From Spirochaetota bacterium (GTDB lineage Bacteria > Spirochaetota > UBA4802 > UBA5550), in the NCBI GenBank assembly GCA_036848375.1, contig DAIUKG010000006.1:44941-108940 (forward strand): 64,000 bases of DNA, in the 5' to 3' direction. Under the pieces are notes generated by a model that made no database searches, had not been told where the DNA came from, and was given only the letters and a program-made list of their open reading frames with translations. Each line of letters starts with the position of its first letter. The stretch's first letter is position 1. The position numbers were made by a program, and so were the translations under genes. Positions 17,401 through 28,327 of this stretch are shown here, piece after piece.

Positions 17401-18199
17401 ACCCGGCTTTACGGATGATATCCTGTCCCTGCCTGCTCAATAAAAATATAATGAATGACTTGACCTCTTTTTTTACGCTTCCATTTCGGGTGTACAGATA
17501 TAGCTCTCTCTGCAGGGGGTATGTTTCATCAGGATGTTCGATATCCGCGAGTTTCCCATCAACCGCAAGCGTTTTAACTTCACTGTTGATAAAGCTGCGG
17601 CTGACATAACCAATTGAACGCTGATTTTCTGAAACAAATCCCAGCACCGAACTGCTTGATGGTTTTCTTTCTACTGAAGCGCTCACAGTATCTTTTCCGA
17701 GGACCTTCCGGTTCCAGACAGTTCTGGTTCCTGAATTCGCATCACGGACCACAACAACAATCTCTCCGGCATCCCAGCCGAAGGTGGCCCATTGAGAATC
17801 CCTGCCGCTGAAAATCCGGTTAAGCTGGGATATTGAAAGGCCCTTTAAAGGATTCTTTTTATTCACCACGGGAACAATAAAATCACGCGCTATGGCATAC
17901 TCCTGCAACATGAGGCCTTTTTGCGCGGCCTTGGCACGCTCTTCATCGCTCAACGGGGATGACGATTCGGCAATATCACAATGACCATCAAGCAGGGAAT
18001 CAATGCCCGAATGTGAGCCATTCGCGTTGAGCACAATTTCAATCCCCTGCATCGCTTCAAAATTTTTCGCTGCCTGCATTACAATAGGCTCTATGGTGGT
18101 CGACCCCGCAATGACAAGGGTCCTGGTTTCCTTGATACATTTACAACCATTGAAGGAAAAAAGAACCATCAGTGCGCATATTAAAAAAATACGTTTCAT
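17372..18199 (-). CDS. PstS-like phosphate-binding periplasmic lipoprotein (PBP superfamily)
   Basis: MKRIFLICALMVLFSFNGC lipobox. IAGSTTIEPIV...NANGSHSGIDSLLDGHCDIAESSSPLSDEE resembles PstS-family binding proteins. Confidence 0.65.
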   Translation of the reverse strand: MKRIFLICALMVLFSFNGCKCIKETRTLVIAGSTTIEPIVMQAAKNFEAMQGIEIVLNANGSHSGIDSLLDGHCDIAESSSPLSDEERAKAAQKGLMLQEYAIARDFIVPVVNKKNPLKGLSISQLNRIFSGRDSQWATFGWDAGEIVVVVRDANSGTRTVWNRKVLGKDTVSASVERKPSSSSVLGFVSENQRSIGYVSRSFINSEVKTLAVDGKLADIEHPDETYPLQRELYLYTRNGSVKKEVKSFIIFLLSRQGQDIIRKAGFIPLPSRTD

Positions 18200-18524
18200 G
18201 TATACAGTCCTCCTCTCGCCAAGCAATGATAAAATATTAATGGAACTAATAATTCTTTCAACAAGTTTTCCTTTTTTTTATCATCACCACTTTTGGCGAA
18301 TTAACATTGAAATGCATAGTTATCAGTTCTTAACAATTTCTTTATAATGATCCTGATATTCCTTTAACCTTCTGCCTTGGCAAAACACTATTCATCTGAT
18401 TTACAATTTCTTTACAATTTCTTTAAAAAAAACCAATCACTTCAACCCATCTTAATAATTATTAAAAAACAGAAGGCGCCAATTGTTAATCTTCAAACCG
18501 GTGCCGGCATTATAGGGAAACTGC

Positions 18525-21203
18525 ATGGATTATTCACGGCCTTTTCACAATGAAATCATTAATCTCCTGGATGATTTTACATCCGGGGAGATGAAAAAAT
18601 ACCCGACTGAAGATCTTCTTACCATTGACCTCCACTGCCATGACCATAACAGCGACGTTCCGGATGAAATACTGGGACGAATCTTAAACATCCCCGAGAC
18701 ATGGCTTCAATCTGAAGACCTGATCGACTCACTGAAAAAACACAACTGCGACACGTTTACCGTGACCAACCACAACAACGCGCGCTCATGCTACATGCTG
18801 CGCGACATTATGGGCCTTGACATATTGACTGGCGCTGAATTCAGCTGCATGGTCCCCGATTTCAACACCGGGATTCACGTGCTCACCTACGGGTTCACCC
18901 CGTCACAGGAGGTCGAGCTTAACCGGCTCAGAAACGATCTTTACTCGTTCATGAGCTACACCCGAGAACACGACATCCCGACCATATGGGCGCACCCTCT
19001 GTACCACTATCACAGCAAAGGCATCCCGCCGGTTGACTTCTTCAATAAGATGGCGCTCGTATTCGAGCGATTTGAAGTGATCAACGGGCAGCGTGATTCA
19101 TGGCAAAACATGCTGGTCAAGCTGTGGGTCGAGAGCCTTGATCGTGAAAAGATCGACGCTCTTTCGGAAAAATACAGCATCCCCCCTGACCGCTACTGCC
19201 ATAACCCCTATAAAAAATCCATGGCAGGCGGATCGGACAGCCACATGGGCGTCTTCTCAGGTCTCACCGGGACCATGCTCTATGTTCCTGACCTCAAAGA
19301 AAAGCTTAAGATCATGCCGCGGTCGATGCTTGCCCTTGATGCCATTAAAAAAGGAAACATGCTTCCATTCGGATCGCACAACGACAGTGAAAAAATGACC
19401 GTGTCGTTTCTGGATTACTTCTGCCAGGTTGCCATGAACATCAAGGATCCCGGAGTGATCCGGCTGGTACTGCACAAGGGTGAGACACGGGACAAAGTAC
19501 TCGCCATGCTCATTGCTAACGGATTGAATGAGCTTAAGCGCCACAAGGTGACCATGAATTTTCTCCAGCTGTTTCACGAGTGTTTCTCAGGCAATGTTCC
19601 GGGGTTCACGAAAAAACTTTTCATTCCCCGGGTCTACAGGCCGATATTCAACCGCGCCACCGAAATGGCCGAAGTGAAGCGGGACAACCCCGAAGAAACC
19701 GCGACAAAATTCAAGGAATCAATCGATTCCATTTATACCAGCCTCAACGAGATTTTTTTCAGCAGGCTGCTGGTCAAACTCGAAGACATCACCCGAAAAA
19801 ATAATTTTGAGTCATTCGATATCAACGCTATTTTCGATTCGCTGGAATTCCCTTCGCAGATCAGGGGATATCTTGAAAATGACAAAAAGAAAATGAAAAA
19901 AGACCCGGGGGCCTATAATTCTCCGCACCTTAATGATTTTCTCGACGGTCTTTCATTTCCCTTTCTGGCTTCCGCAGTAATACTCAGCGCTACCTATGCC
20001 AGTGCCAGGGTAATGTATAATTCACGGAACCTGCTTAATGAGTTCTCCCGGGACCTGGGCATGCTGCAACATCCGGAGCGGATGCTGTGGCTTACCGATA
20101 CATTCGAGGACAACAACGGCGTTGCCATGGTGCTCCGGTCAATGCTGGATGAAATACGCGAAAGAAACCTCCCTATAGATATACTTATCTGCAGCAGCAC
20201 GGTCGCACCCGAAGACCACCTCATCGTGGTTCCGCCGCTCTTCGAATTCACGTTTCCGTTCTATGAGCAACAGCCGCTCAGAGTACCGAACATCATGGAC
20301 ATCCATAACATCTTCAAAGAAAGGGAATATGACCGTCTCATATGCTCAACTGAGGGCCCTATGGGATTTATTTCACTATTCCTGAAATCGGCATATTCCG
20401 TTCCCGCGTATTTTTATGTTCATACTGACTGGATGATGTTCGCCCGCCAGACCCTGAACCTGGATGAACATAACCTGAACCGGCTCAGGCGAATCATCAG
20501 GGCATATTACCGGGCATTTGACGGCCTTTTCGTGCTCAACAATGACCAGCGCAAGTGGCTCATTGGAAAGGACATGGGGTTCGACCGCTCTAAGGTTTTT
20601 CTCACCGCCCACTGGGTTGATAAATTCTTTACTCCCCTGAGCGGGAAAAAAACGGAACTCTTCGGCGTTGAAGAAAGCAGCCCGGTCCTTCTCTTTGCCG
20701 GGCGCATCAGCCATGAAAAAGGCGTTATGGAGCTGCCGGCAATTTACGAAAAAATAAAAAATGATTTTCCGCGTGCGAAAATGGTCATTGCCGGTACCGG
20801 CCCCAATGAAAAGGAACTGAAGAAAGCGCTGCCTGAAGGAATCTTCCTGGGCTGGGTCGACCATGACCGGATTCCGGAGATATACTCCGCTGCTGACATG
20901 CTTCTTCTCCCGTCAAAGTTTGACACCTTCGGATGTGTTGTGCTTGAAGCCCTTTCATGCGGGCTTCCGGTAACCGCATACAGGACCAAGGGGCCCAAGG
21001 ACATCATTATCCACAACGAGAACGGTTTCCTGGTGAAAAACAAAAATGAAATGGCATCCGCGGTACGGCTGTATCTGGGAGACAAAAAGCTCCAGAAGTC
21101 CTTTAAAAAAGCAGCGCTTAAACGCGCAGGGGAATACGACGCTGATTTAATTATTGGTCGACTTCTTGACGACCTCTCCCTTGGCCACCTTTCTGATGCT
21201 TGA
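18525..21203 (+). CDS. fusion protein: N-terminal PHP-family metal-dependent phosphoesterase domain + C-terminal GT4 (group 1) glycosyltransferase
   Basis: IDLHCHDHNSDVPDE ... TVTNHNN ... GSDSHM are PHP His motifs. The C-terminus LLFAGRISHEKGV...MVIAGTGP...FGCVVLEALSCGLPVTAYRTKGPKDII is a GT4 signature. Confidence 0.7.
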   Translation: MDYSRPFHNEIINLLDDFTSGEMKKYPTEDLLTIDLHCHDHNSDVPDEILGRILNIPETWLQSEDLIDSLKKHNCDTFTVTNHNNARSCYMLRDIMGLDILTGAEFSCMVPDFNTGIHVLTYGFTPSQEVELNRLRNDLYSFMSYTREHDIPTIWAHPLYHYHSKGIPPVDFFNKMALVFERFEVINGQRDSWQNMLVKLWVESLDREKIDALSEKYSIPPDRYCHNPYKKSMAGGSDSHMGVFSGLTGTMLYVPDLKEKLKIMPRSMLALDAIKKGNMLPFGSHNDSEKMTVSFLDYFCQVAMNIKDPGVIRLVLHKGETRDKVLAMLIANGLNELKRHKVTMNFLQLFHECFSGNVPGFTKKLFIPRVYRPIFNRATEMAEVKRDNPEETATKFKESIDSIYTSLNEIFFSRLLVKLEDITRKNNFESFDINAIFDSLEFPSQIRGYLENDKKKMKKDPGAYNSPHLNDFLDGLSFPFLASAVILSATYASARVMYNSRNLLNEFSRDLGMLQHPERMLWLTDTFEDNNGVAMVLRSMLDEIRERNLPIDILICSSTVAPEDHLIVVPPLFEFTFPFYEQQPLRVPNIMDIHNIFKEREYDRLICSTEGPMGFISLFLKSAYSVPAYFYVHTDWMMFARQTLNLDEHNLNRLRRIIRAYYRAFDGLFVLNNDQRKWLIGKDMGFDRSKVFLTAHWVDKFFTPLSGKKTELFGVEESSPVLLFAGRISHEKGVMELPAIYEKIKNDFPRAKMVIAGTGPNEKELKKALPEGIFLGWVDHDRIPEIYSAADMLLLPSKFDTFGCVVLEALSCGLPVTAYRTKGPKDIIIHNENGFLVKNKNEMASAVRLYLGDKKLQKSFKKAALKRAGEYDADLIIGRLLDDLSLGHLSDA

Positions 21204-21989
21204 GTCCATTATCATCTCGACCAGAGCCGGGAAAAGGCGCTTGACCAGGAAGGTAAGCTTGCCGTCAAAGCCGGGGATGATCATGAACTTTTTGCTGGCC
21301 ATTCCCTTGAAGAGCTCCCTGGCGACATCATCAGGCGACATCAGCTTCGCCCCGGCGGAAACAGCCCTGGTTTCTTCGGGCTTGGTGAGGTTTTCGGTCT
21401 GGAACCCGGGCGTGTCCGTATCGGGGGGGCAGAGCACGGACACGGTGATGCCGTATTTTTTCGCTTCGCTTTTAAGGGCCTCGGAAAAACCGATGACGCC
21501 GAACTTCGACGCGCTGTAGTCTGTGTATCCGAAAACACCGAGAAACCCGGCCATTGACGAAACATTGACGATATAGCCCCCGCGCTCCTTCATGGAAGGG
21601 AACAACGCTGCCACACAATTCCAGATGCCGTAGAGGTTGACCTTCATGGTATCGTCAAACTGTTCATAGGTTATCTCCTCGAAATAGGCGGGGAAGGCGC
21701 GGCCCGCACAGTTGATCAGGACATCGGGAACACCGAAAGAACGCACCGCGTCTTTCATCACGGAAATCACGTTTTTACTGTCAGTAATATCAAGGGACCT
21801 GCCTTCAAAACGCTGCAGCCTGTCGGATTTAGCTGCTTCAATTTCAACAAGCGCCTTCTTAATAACATCTTTTCTGCGCGCGAAAATGATCACGTGAGCC
21901 CCTTGTGCGGCGAAGAGTTTCGCGGCTGACAGGCCGATCCCGCTTGAGCCGCCTGTAATGTAAACGATTTTATTCCGGTAATTTTTCAT
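21147..21989 (-). CDS. short-chain dehydrogenase/reductase (SDR) oxidoreductase
   Basis: ITGGSSGIGLSAAKLF (TGxxxGxG Rossmann motif) and a YxxxK catalytic motif (YSASK). 280 aa. Confidence 0.85.
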   Translation of the reverse strand: MKNYRNKIVYITGGSSGIGLSAAKLFAAQGAHVIIFARRKDVIKKALVEIEAAKSDRLQRFEGRSLDITDSKNVISVMKDAVRSFGVPDVLINCAGRAFPAYFEEITYEQFDDTMKVNLYGIWNCVAALFPSMKERGGYIVNVSSMAGFLGVFGYTDYSASKFGVIGFSEALKSEAKKYGITVSVLCPPDTDTPGFQTENLTKPEETRAVSAGAKLMSPDDVARELFKGMASKKFMIIPGFDGKLTFLVKRLFPALVEMIMDSSIRKVAKGEVVKKSTNN

Positions 21990-22174
21990 GACACTCTGTT
22001 ATCCTGCAAAATATTTGATATGCTCATTGCATGTCCGTAATGCGTTCTGTGCTTATAAAGCTTCTCAATACGGTAAAATATACGGCATAAATTCACATCC
22101 CCGTATATAGGAAACATGCAACACCATGATAATGAAACTGTCAAGAAAAAGCGGTGTGACCGCGCCTTATTTAT

Positions 22175-23923
22175 CTACCGGAACAAGTACAGAAAGCGCA
22201 CGAAATCAAAAGACCCTCCCTGCACCGCGACCTTGCCCGAAGAGAACGCGATAACCGGGCTGGTCATACCGGCCGCGATCTCCTTCCACAGATTTGAATC
22301 AACCGTGACCGTGGTGTCAGCCCCTTTCATCCGCCCTCTGCTGATCTCGGCAACGCCCCGTCGCACGGTGACTGTCCAGTACTCACCCCGGTCAGGGAAA
22401 TGGAACACGACCGACCGGTTCACCTCAACCGATTTTTCAGGGTCAAGCCTGACCGCCATCCCCCTGAAGATCGCCTCAAGGGGAACTGAATGCACGACAT
22501 CACGCTCATGGATTTTCCTGTCCTTGATCGACAGTTTCCCCGACTCTTCAAGGCTGCTGGTCAGGTAGTAATTCCTGGCTGTCGCGGCCTTCTGGAGTTC
22601 ACCCAGCTTCCTGAGGCAATCGCTCCTCAGCTTTCTGGCGGCGCTGTCATCCGGATCAAGGGCGATAATATGGTCCGCCAGCTCCAGGGACCACTGAAAA
22701 TCTCCCTGCTCAAACGCTCTGTGGGCCCGGTCCATAAGGGCGCTCTCTCCACCGGCTAGATCGGCCATCCGTGCCGCCTTTTCTTTTCGCGGAAGCGGGA
22801 AAAGGTCAGTGGCATTGCCGCCGAACCAGCCAAGGTATCCGCTGAAGATCGCCCGCACTGACCACGCGACCGTGCCGTAAAATTCCTGGAGCCAGGGCTT
22901 TTGCGCGAGGTGTTCGGGCAGTTTCACGGCCTCAACGATCTCCTGCGGCGTCATCCCCCTGTTTATCAGCCTGATGGTCTGGTCATGGACATACTGTATG
23001 GCGTCACGGTAATCGGTAAGGGCCTGGTAAATCTGCTCACTGCCCGTCATCGGCCTGGTATGCGACGGCACCAGATATTCGGCGTTCAGCTGCCGCATCT
23101 CATCAAGGCTCGCGACCCATTTCATCACATCGCGGTAGGCCGTGCCCCGTATCGCGTAAAGATTGCGAAAAGACCGGTAAAAATTGTCCGCGGGAAGCAG
23201 CACGCGTTTATCGGGAAGCCAGATAAAGATCTGGTCGTCAGTCTCGCCGGGCGCGTGGACAACGACCATGCGGATTCCGGCAAGAACGAGTTCGGTTCTA
23301 TGCCCGGTAAACATTTTCGTCGGGCGTTTGAGCGCGACAGTGCTCTGCGCGTTGAAATCGAGGAAGGGGCCGATGCCTGAATTGACAAAGTCCTTCCGGG
23401 GCAGCATGGTCCCGAACTGGCGCGTGGCGCGGCGGAAGGTGGTCTCCCTGGTCACGCTGGTAATGCGGTCGAGAAATGCCACGGTGCTTTCGTGCGCATA
23501 GATATCGACGTTCCTGTTTTCAGTAAATACTCCCGCGCCGAAGGTGTGGTCTGAATGGAAGTGGGTGTATAGTATGGCCCTCAGCGGTTTGCCCTTCACA
23601 AGAGTATCAACATCCTTTTTAACCCTCGCCGCAGCCTCAGCGCTTTCCATGGTGTCGACCAGAACACAGGCGCCGGGACCTTCCAGAACAATGACATTCG
23701 CCAGGCCATAGCCGACCAGAACATGCACCCCTTCGGTAACCGTAATGATGTCCTTTTTAAACTCATCGCTGTGTTTCGCCAGCTCGCTTTGAGCAGGGCC
23801 TGTTCCCGCAGGCCTGTCCTGCTGTGAACACCCCGAAAGCAGGGCCGGCGCGAGGATGGTTACCGATAATAAAAGGCACAGGCGGGCGGATATTATACGT
23901 TCAGTGGCATGTTTTTGCATCAT
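22175..23923 (-). CDS. alkyl/aryl-sulfatase of the metallo-beta-lactamase superfamily (SdsA1/BDS1-like), lipoprotein signal
   Basis: HFHSDHTFG metal-binding motif. Dimerisation domain and C-terminal SCP2-like domain. Signal LLSVTILAPALLSGC. Confidence 0.75.
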   Translation of the reverse strand: MMQKHATERIISARLCLLLSVTILAPALLSGCSQQDRPAGTGPAQSELAKHSDEFKKDIITVTEGVHVLVGYGLANVIVLEGPGACVLVDTMESAEAAARVKKDVDTLVKGKPLRAILYTHFHSDHTFGAGVFTENRNVDIYAHESTVAFLDRITSVTRETTFRRATRQFGTMLPRKDFVNSGIGPFLDFNAQSTVALKRPTKMFTGHRTELVLAGIRMVVVHAPGETDDQIFIWLPDKRVLLPADNFYRSFRNLYAIRGTAYRDVMKWVASLDEMRQLNAEYLVPSHTRPMTGSEQIYQALTDYRDAIQYVHDQTIRLINRGMTPQEIVEAVKLPEHLAQKPWLQEFYGTVAWSVRAIFSGYLGWFGGNATDLFPLPRKEKAARMADLAGGESALMDRAHRAFEQGDFQWSLELADHIIALDPDDSAARKLRSDCLRKLGELQKAATARNYYLTSSLEESGKLSIKDRKIHERDVVHSVPLEAIFRGMAVRLDPEKSVEVNRSVVFHFPDRGEYWTVTVRRGVAEISRGRMKGADTTVTVDSNLWKEIAAGMTSPVIAFSSGKVAVQGGSFDFVRFLYLFR

Positions 23924-24132
23924 AAACCTTCCGCAAGGGATTATAGAAACGCGAGCAAGAAATATGCACCTATTAGTACATGCTTACCAGAACATGTCAA
24001 TAATGTTATACCGGGGCATTCAGGCACCCGATACAGAACATCCCCCTGAAAAAACAAATGCAATAAAAATTTTCTTGCAATATGGGGCGCCATAACTGTA
24101 ATAACCGCTATCAGCAGGGAATGTTAAACCAT

Positions 24133-25929
24133 ATGGATTTAAATCACATACGAAACTTTTCAATTATCGCCCATATCGACCATGGAAAATCGACCCTGGC
24201 GGACCGGATCATTGAAGCGTGCCACCTTGTCGGCGAGCGCGACCAGGTCGACCAGATGCTTGACACCATGGACATCGAACGCGAGCGGGGCATCACGATA
24301 AAATCAAACACCATCACCCTGGACTATGAGTCGAAAAGCGGCGACAAATACGTACTGAATCTCATTGACACCCCGGGCCATGTTGACTTTACCTACGAGG
24401 TTTCGCGGGCGCTCGCTGCCTGTGACGGGGTGCTGCTGCTCGTTGACGCGACCCAGGGTGTTGAGGCCCAGACCATCGCGAACCTTTACCTGGCCCTGGA
24501 GAATGATCTTCACATCGTACCAGTGATCAACAAGATAGACATGATAAGCGCGGATATCGAAGGCACCAAGGAAGGCATTGAAAAGAGCCTCGGGCTCGAC
24601 GGGGATGACGCGGTCCCCGTATCCGCGAAAACCGGCGCCGGGGTGGGAGACCTCCTTGAAAAAATAATCCAGGCGATCCCTCCGCCCACGGGAGACGAAA
24701 ACGCCCCCCTGAAGGCGCTGATCTTCGATTCCTACTTCGACAAATACCAGGGCGCGGTCATCAAGGTCAGGATATTTTCCGGGACCGTAAAAAAAGGCGA
24801 CGTGATAAAATTCATGTCAACCGGCAAGACTTTCGAAGTGACCGAGGTGGGCGTTTTCAGGCTTGATCTTGAAAAGAGAACATCTCTCATGCCCGGGGAT
24901 GTTGGATACATTATCGCCGGCATAAAAACGGTCGTTGACACGAAAATAGGCGATACCGTTACGCTGACGAAAAACCCGACACCCGAACCGCTCAAAGGCT
25001 TCAAGGACGTCAAGCCCATGGTCTTCGCCGGGCTCTACCCCATGTACAGCGACGATTATGACGACCTCAAAGACGCTCTGTATAAATTGAAACTCAACGA
25101 CGCGTCGCTTCTGTTCGAACCTGATAACTCGTTCGCGCTCGGGTTCGGGTTCCGCTGCGGGTACCTGGGGCTCCTGCACATGGAAATCGTGCAGGAACGC
25201 CTTGAACGCGAGTTCGACCTGGCCCTGGTCACCACCGCACCGAGCGTCAAATACCGCATCACCCTTACGAACGGCGAAGTCATAACCATCGACAACCCGG
25301 TCAAGATGCCGGACCTTTCCACGGTGGAAATGATCGAAGAACCGTTTGTCGACGCCACCATTGTCACTCCCACCGATTTCGTGGGCAACATCATGACCCT
25401 GGTAAGCGAGAACAGGGGCGTGCATAAAAACATGGAATACATCGACCAGCGCAGGGTGCAGCTTCACTACGAGCTGCCGCTTTCTGAAATCGTGTTCAAT
25501 TTCTACGACAAGCTCAAGTCAATATCCCGCGGCTACGCATCGTTCGATTATGAGCTGAAGGACTTCCGGCGCGCGGACATGGTCCGCGTCGATATCCTGG
25601 TAAACGCCGAGCCCGTTGACGCGCTTTCATTCATCGTGCACCGGGACAAGTCTCGATTGCGGGGCAAGGACATTATTTCGAAGCTCAAGGACATCATCCC
25701 CCGTCACCAGTTCAAAATCCCGCTCCAGGCGGCGATCGGGTCAACCATCATAGCGCGTGAAAACATTTCGCCCACACGAAAAGACGTTACCGCGAAATGT
25801 TACGGGGGCGACATCACCAGAAAGCGCAAACTTCTGGAAAAGCAGAAAGAAGGCAAAAAGCGGATGAAACAGATCGGTTCAGTAGAAGTTCCCCAGGAGG
25901 CCTTTCTGACGATTTTAAAGATCGAGTAG
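24133..25929 (+). CDS. lepA: elongation factor 4 (LepA)
   Basis: [30 protein letters not shown] and the LepA-specific C-terminal domain. Start set at MDLNHIRNF; the ORF track starts 17 codons earlier. Confidence 0.95.
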   Translation: MDLNHIRNFSIIAHIDHGKSTLADRIIEACHLVGERDQVDQMLDTMDIERERGITIKSNTITLDYESKSGDKYVLNLIDTPGHVDFTYEVSRALAACDGVLLLVDATQGVEAQTIANLYLALENDLHIVPVINKIDMISADIEGTKEGIEKSLGLDGDDAVPVSAKTGAGVGDLLEKIIQAIPPPTGDENAPLKALIFDSYFDKYQGAVIKVRIFSGTVKKGDVIKFMSTGKTFEVTEVGVFRLDLEKRTSLMPGDVGYIIAGIKTVVDTKIGDTVTLTKNPTPEPLKGFKDVKPMVFAGLYPMYSDDYDDLKDALYKLKLNDASLLFEPDNSFALGFGFRCGYLGLLHMEIVQERLEREFDLALVTTAPSVKYRITLTNGEVITIDNPVKMPDLSTVEMIEEPFVDATIVTPTDFVGNIMTLVSENRGVHKNMEYIDQRRVQLHYELPLSEIVFNFYDKLKSISRGYASFDYELKDFRRADMVRVDILVNAEPVDALSFIVHRDKSRLRGKDIISKLKDIIPRHQFKIPLQAAIGSTIIARENISPTRKDVTAKCYGGDITRKRKLLEKQKEGKKRMKQIGSVEVPQEAFLTILKIE

Positions 25930-25931
25930 CC

Positions 25932-26588
25932 ATGGAACTCCATCAGAAAAAAATCATTGATACAGCGACTTCTTTCGCGCGTGAAAAGATGCGCGCTATG
26001 CATGCCAGCCACGGATGGGACCATGTCAGCCGCGTGGTCAACCTCGCGCACATGATCGCGCTGACCGAACCGCATGCCGACCCGTTTGTCGTTAAAATTT
26101 CCTCGCTGCTCCACGACATAGCACGCCCCGACGAGGCTCGCAGCGGCGGCTCGGTCTGCCACGCGGAGCTCGGAAGCAGAATGGCGTTTGATTTCCTCAT
26201 GGAGTCAGGCGTTGACCATGCGACCGCTTCCCATATCGCGCAGTGCATCCTCTCGCACCGGTACCGCAACAGCCATGCGCCCGAAACCATTGAGGCGAAA
26301 ATTCTTTATGACGCTGACAAGCTCGATTCCATCGGCGCGGTCGGCATCGGCAGGGCATTTCTGTTCTCCGGCGAGGTCGGCGCGAAACTTCACAATCCGG
26401 AAATCAACATCGACGCCACAAGCGCGTACAGCGAAGAAGACACCGCGTACCGCGAATACACGGTAAAACTCCGCTTTGTCAAGGAAAGGATGCTTACCGC
26501 CGAGGGAAAACGCATCGCCCTTGAGCGCGACCGGTTCATGGAACTTTTTTTCAAAAGAATCGATGAAGAAGTCAGGGGCCTTCTCTGA
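25932..26588 (+). CDS. HD-domain phosphohydrolase
   Basis: SHGWDHVSRV...LLHDIARP... are HD motifs. The start lies 2 nt after the lepA stop. Confidence 0.7.
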   Translation: MELHQKKIIDTATSFAREKMRAMHASHGWDHVSRVVNLAHMIALTEPHADPFVVKISSLLHDIARPDEARSGGSVCHAELGSRMAFDFLMESGVDHATASHIAQCILSHRYRNSHAPETIEAKILYDADKLDSIGAVGIGRAFLFSGEVGAKLHNPEINIDATSAYSEEDTAYREYTVKLRFVKERMLTAEGKRIALERDRFMELFFKRIDEEVRGLL

Positions 26589-26600
26589 AAAGGAGACCGC

Positions 26601-28304
26601 TTGTTCATACCCACGACAATCGATGACGTCAGGCAGCGCGGATGGAACGCGCTTGACGTAATAATCGTCACCGGCGACACCTATATTGACTCGCCCTTTT
26701 CCGGCGCCGCGATCATCGGCCACCTTCTCATAAAAAACGGATTCAGGACCGGCATCATCGCCCAGCCCGATACATCTTCCTCTGCCGATATCGGGCGTCT
26801 CGGAGAGCCTTCCCTGTTCTGGGGAGTCACCTCGGGCGCGGTTGATTCGATGATATCAAACTATACGTCATCCGGAAAAAAAAGAAACAAAGACGACCTG
26901 ACTCCCGGCGGGGCCAACAACCGCAGGCCTGACCGCGCGCTCATCGCCTATACCAACCTCATCCGCCGTTATCACAAGAACACCGCTCCTGTCGTTCTCG
27001 GCGGGATTGAAGCGAGCCTCAGGCGCGTTGCCCACTATGACGCGTGGGACGACCGCGTCCGGCGGTCTGTGCTTTTTGACGCGAAAGCGGACCTCATCCT
27101 TTACGGCATGGCCGAAAATTCAGTGCTAGCCCTTGCCCGGGCAATCAGGTCCGGTACCGATCACACATCCATTCCCGGAATCTGTTATGCCGTAAAATCA
27201 CAGCCTGATGGGCTCATCGAGCTCCCTTCGTTCGAGGAAGTCTCCGCTGACAAAAAAACTTTCGCTGCGATGTTCATGGCTTTCCTAAAAAATTCAGAAT
27301 CCGCCTCATCAAAGGGGATGTTCCAGAAGCATGGCGACCGGTATCTCATCCACAACCCGCCTTCTCCGCCACTTGCGCCCGACGAGCTTGACGCGGTCTA
27401 TACCCTTCCCTTTGAACGAAAAGTCCATCCGTTCTATGCCGCGATGGGCCGGGTCAGGGCAACTGAAACGACCGCTTTTTCAATAACAACGCACCGGGGA
27501 TGCTTCGGCGGATGCAGTTTCTGCTCGATTTCGATCCATCAGGGAAGGAAGGTCACCTCACGCAGCAGGGCATCGATCATCAAGGAGGCGCGCGCCCTGA
27601 CCGCGCACCCTGATTTCAAGGGGATCATCCCCGACCTTGGCGGGCCGACCGCCAATATGTACGGCATGGGCTGCGCCGCGCGAAAGGACGGATACTGCGG
27701 CAACCGTGACTGCCTGTATCCCTCACCCTGCCCTTCATTGAACGCATGCCATAAAAAGCTCATTGATCTTTTGGATGAAATAAAAAACATCCCCGGAATA
27801 AAAAAAGTATTTATCGCGTCTGGAGTGCGCCACGATCTCATCCTCCGTGATGAAACACACGGCGAAGCCTGCCTTGAAAAAATCATTGCCAGCCATATTT
27901 CCGGCCAGCTTAAAATCGCGCCGGAGCATTCAGAAAAAAAAATATTATCCCTGATGAAAAAACCCGGGCCCGAAATACTGCTGCGTTTTAAGAAACTGTT
28001 CGAGACGCTCAACCGTAAACACGGGAAAAAACAGTACCTGACCTATTATTTTATTGCCGCCCATCCCGGGTGCGGGGAACGGGACATGCTGTCGCTGGAA
28101 AAATTCATTGAGCGCAATCTTCACCTCGTTCCGGAGCAGGTGCAGATATTCACCCCGTCACCTTCCACACTGTCAACCCTGATGTATTACACGGGAAAAG
28201 ACCCTTTTACCGGAGAGACACTTTTCGTTGAAAAAAATGCCGCTAAAAAAGCCCGGCAGAAAAATATTATAACGCAGACCCATAAAAAAAGAACGGGCCG
28301 CTGA
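26601..28304 (+). CDS. ygiQ: YgiQ-family (UPF0313) radical SAM protein
   Basis: N-terminal MFIPTT...GWNALDVIIVTGDTYIDSPF and a radical-SAM cysteine-cluster region. ~567 aa, typical of the family. Confidence 0.8.
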   Translation: MFIPTTIDDVRQRGWNALDVIIVTGDTYIDSPFSGAAIIGHLLIKNGFRTGIIAQPDTSSSADIGRLGEPSLFWGVTSGAVDSMISNYTSSGKKRNKDDLTPGGANNRRPDRALIAYTNLIRRYHKNTAPVVLGGIEASLRRVAHYDAWDDRVRRSVLFDAKADLILYGMAENSVLALARAIRSGTDHTSIPGICYAVKSQPDGLIELPSFEEVSADKKTFAAMFMAFLKNSESASSKGMFQKHGDRYLIHNPPSPPLAPDELDAVYTLPFERKVHPFYAAMGRVRATETTAFSITTHRGCFGGCSFCSISIHQGRKVTSRSRASIIKEARALTAHPDFKGIIPDLGGPTANMYGMGCAARKDGYCGNRDCLYPSPCPSLNACHKKLIDLLDEIKNIPGIKKVFIASGVRHDLILRDETHGEACLEKIIASHISGQLKIAPEHSEKKILSLMKKPGPEILLRFKKLFETLNRKHGKKQYLTYYFIAAHPGCGERDMLSLEKFIERNLHLVPEQVQIFTPSPSTLSTLMYYTGKDPFTGETLFVEKNAAKKARQKNIITQTHKKRTGR

Positions 28305-28327
28305 CTGTCGCGGCCCCTGCTGAATAT

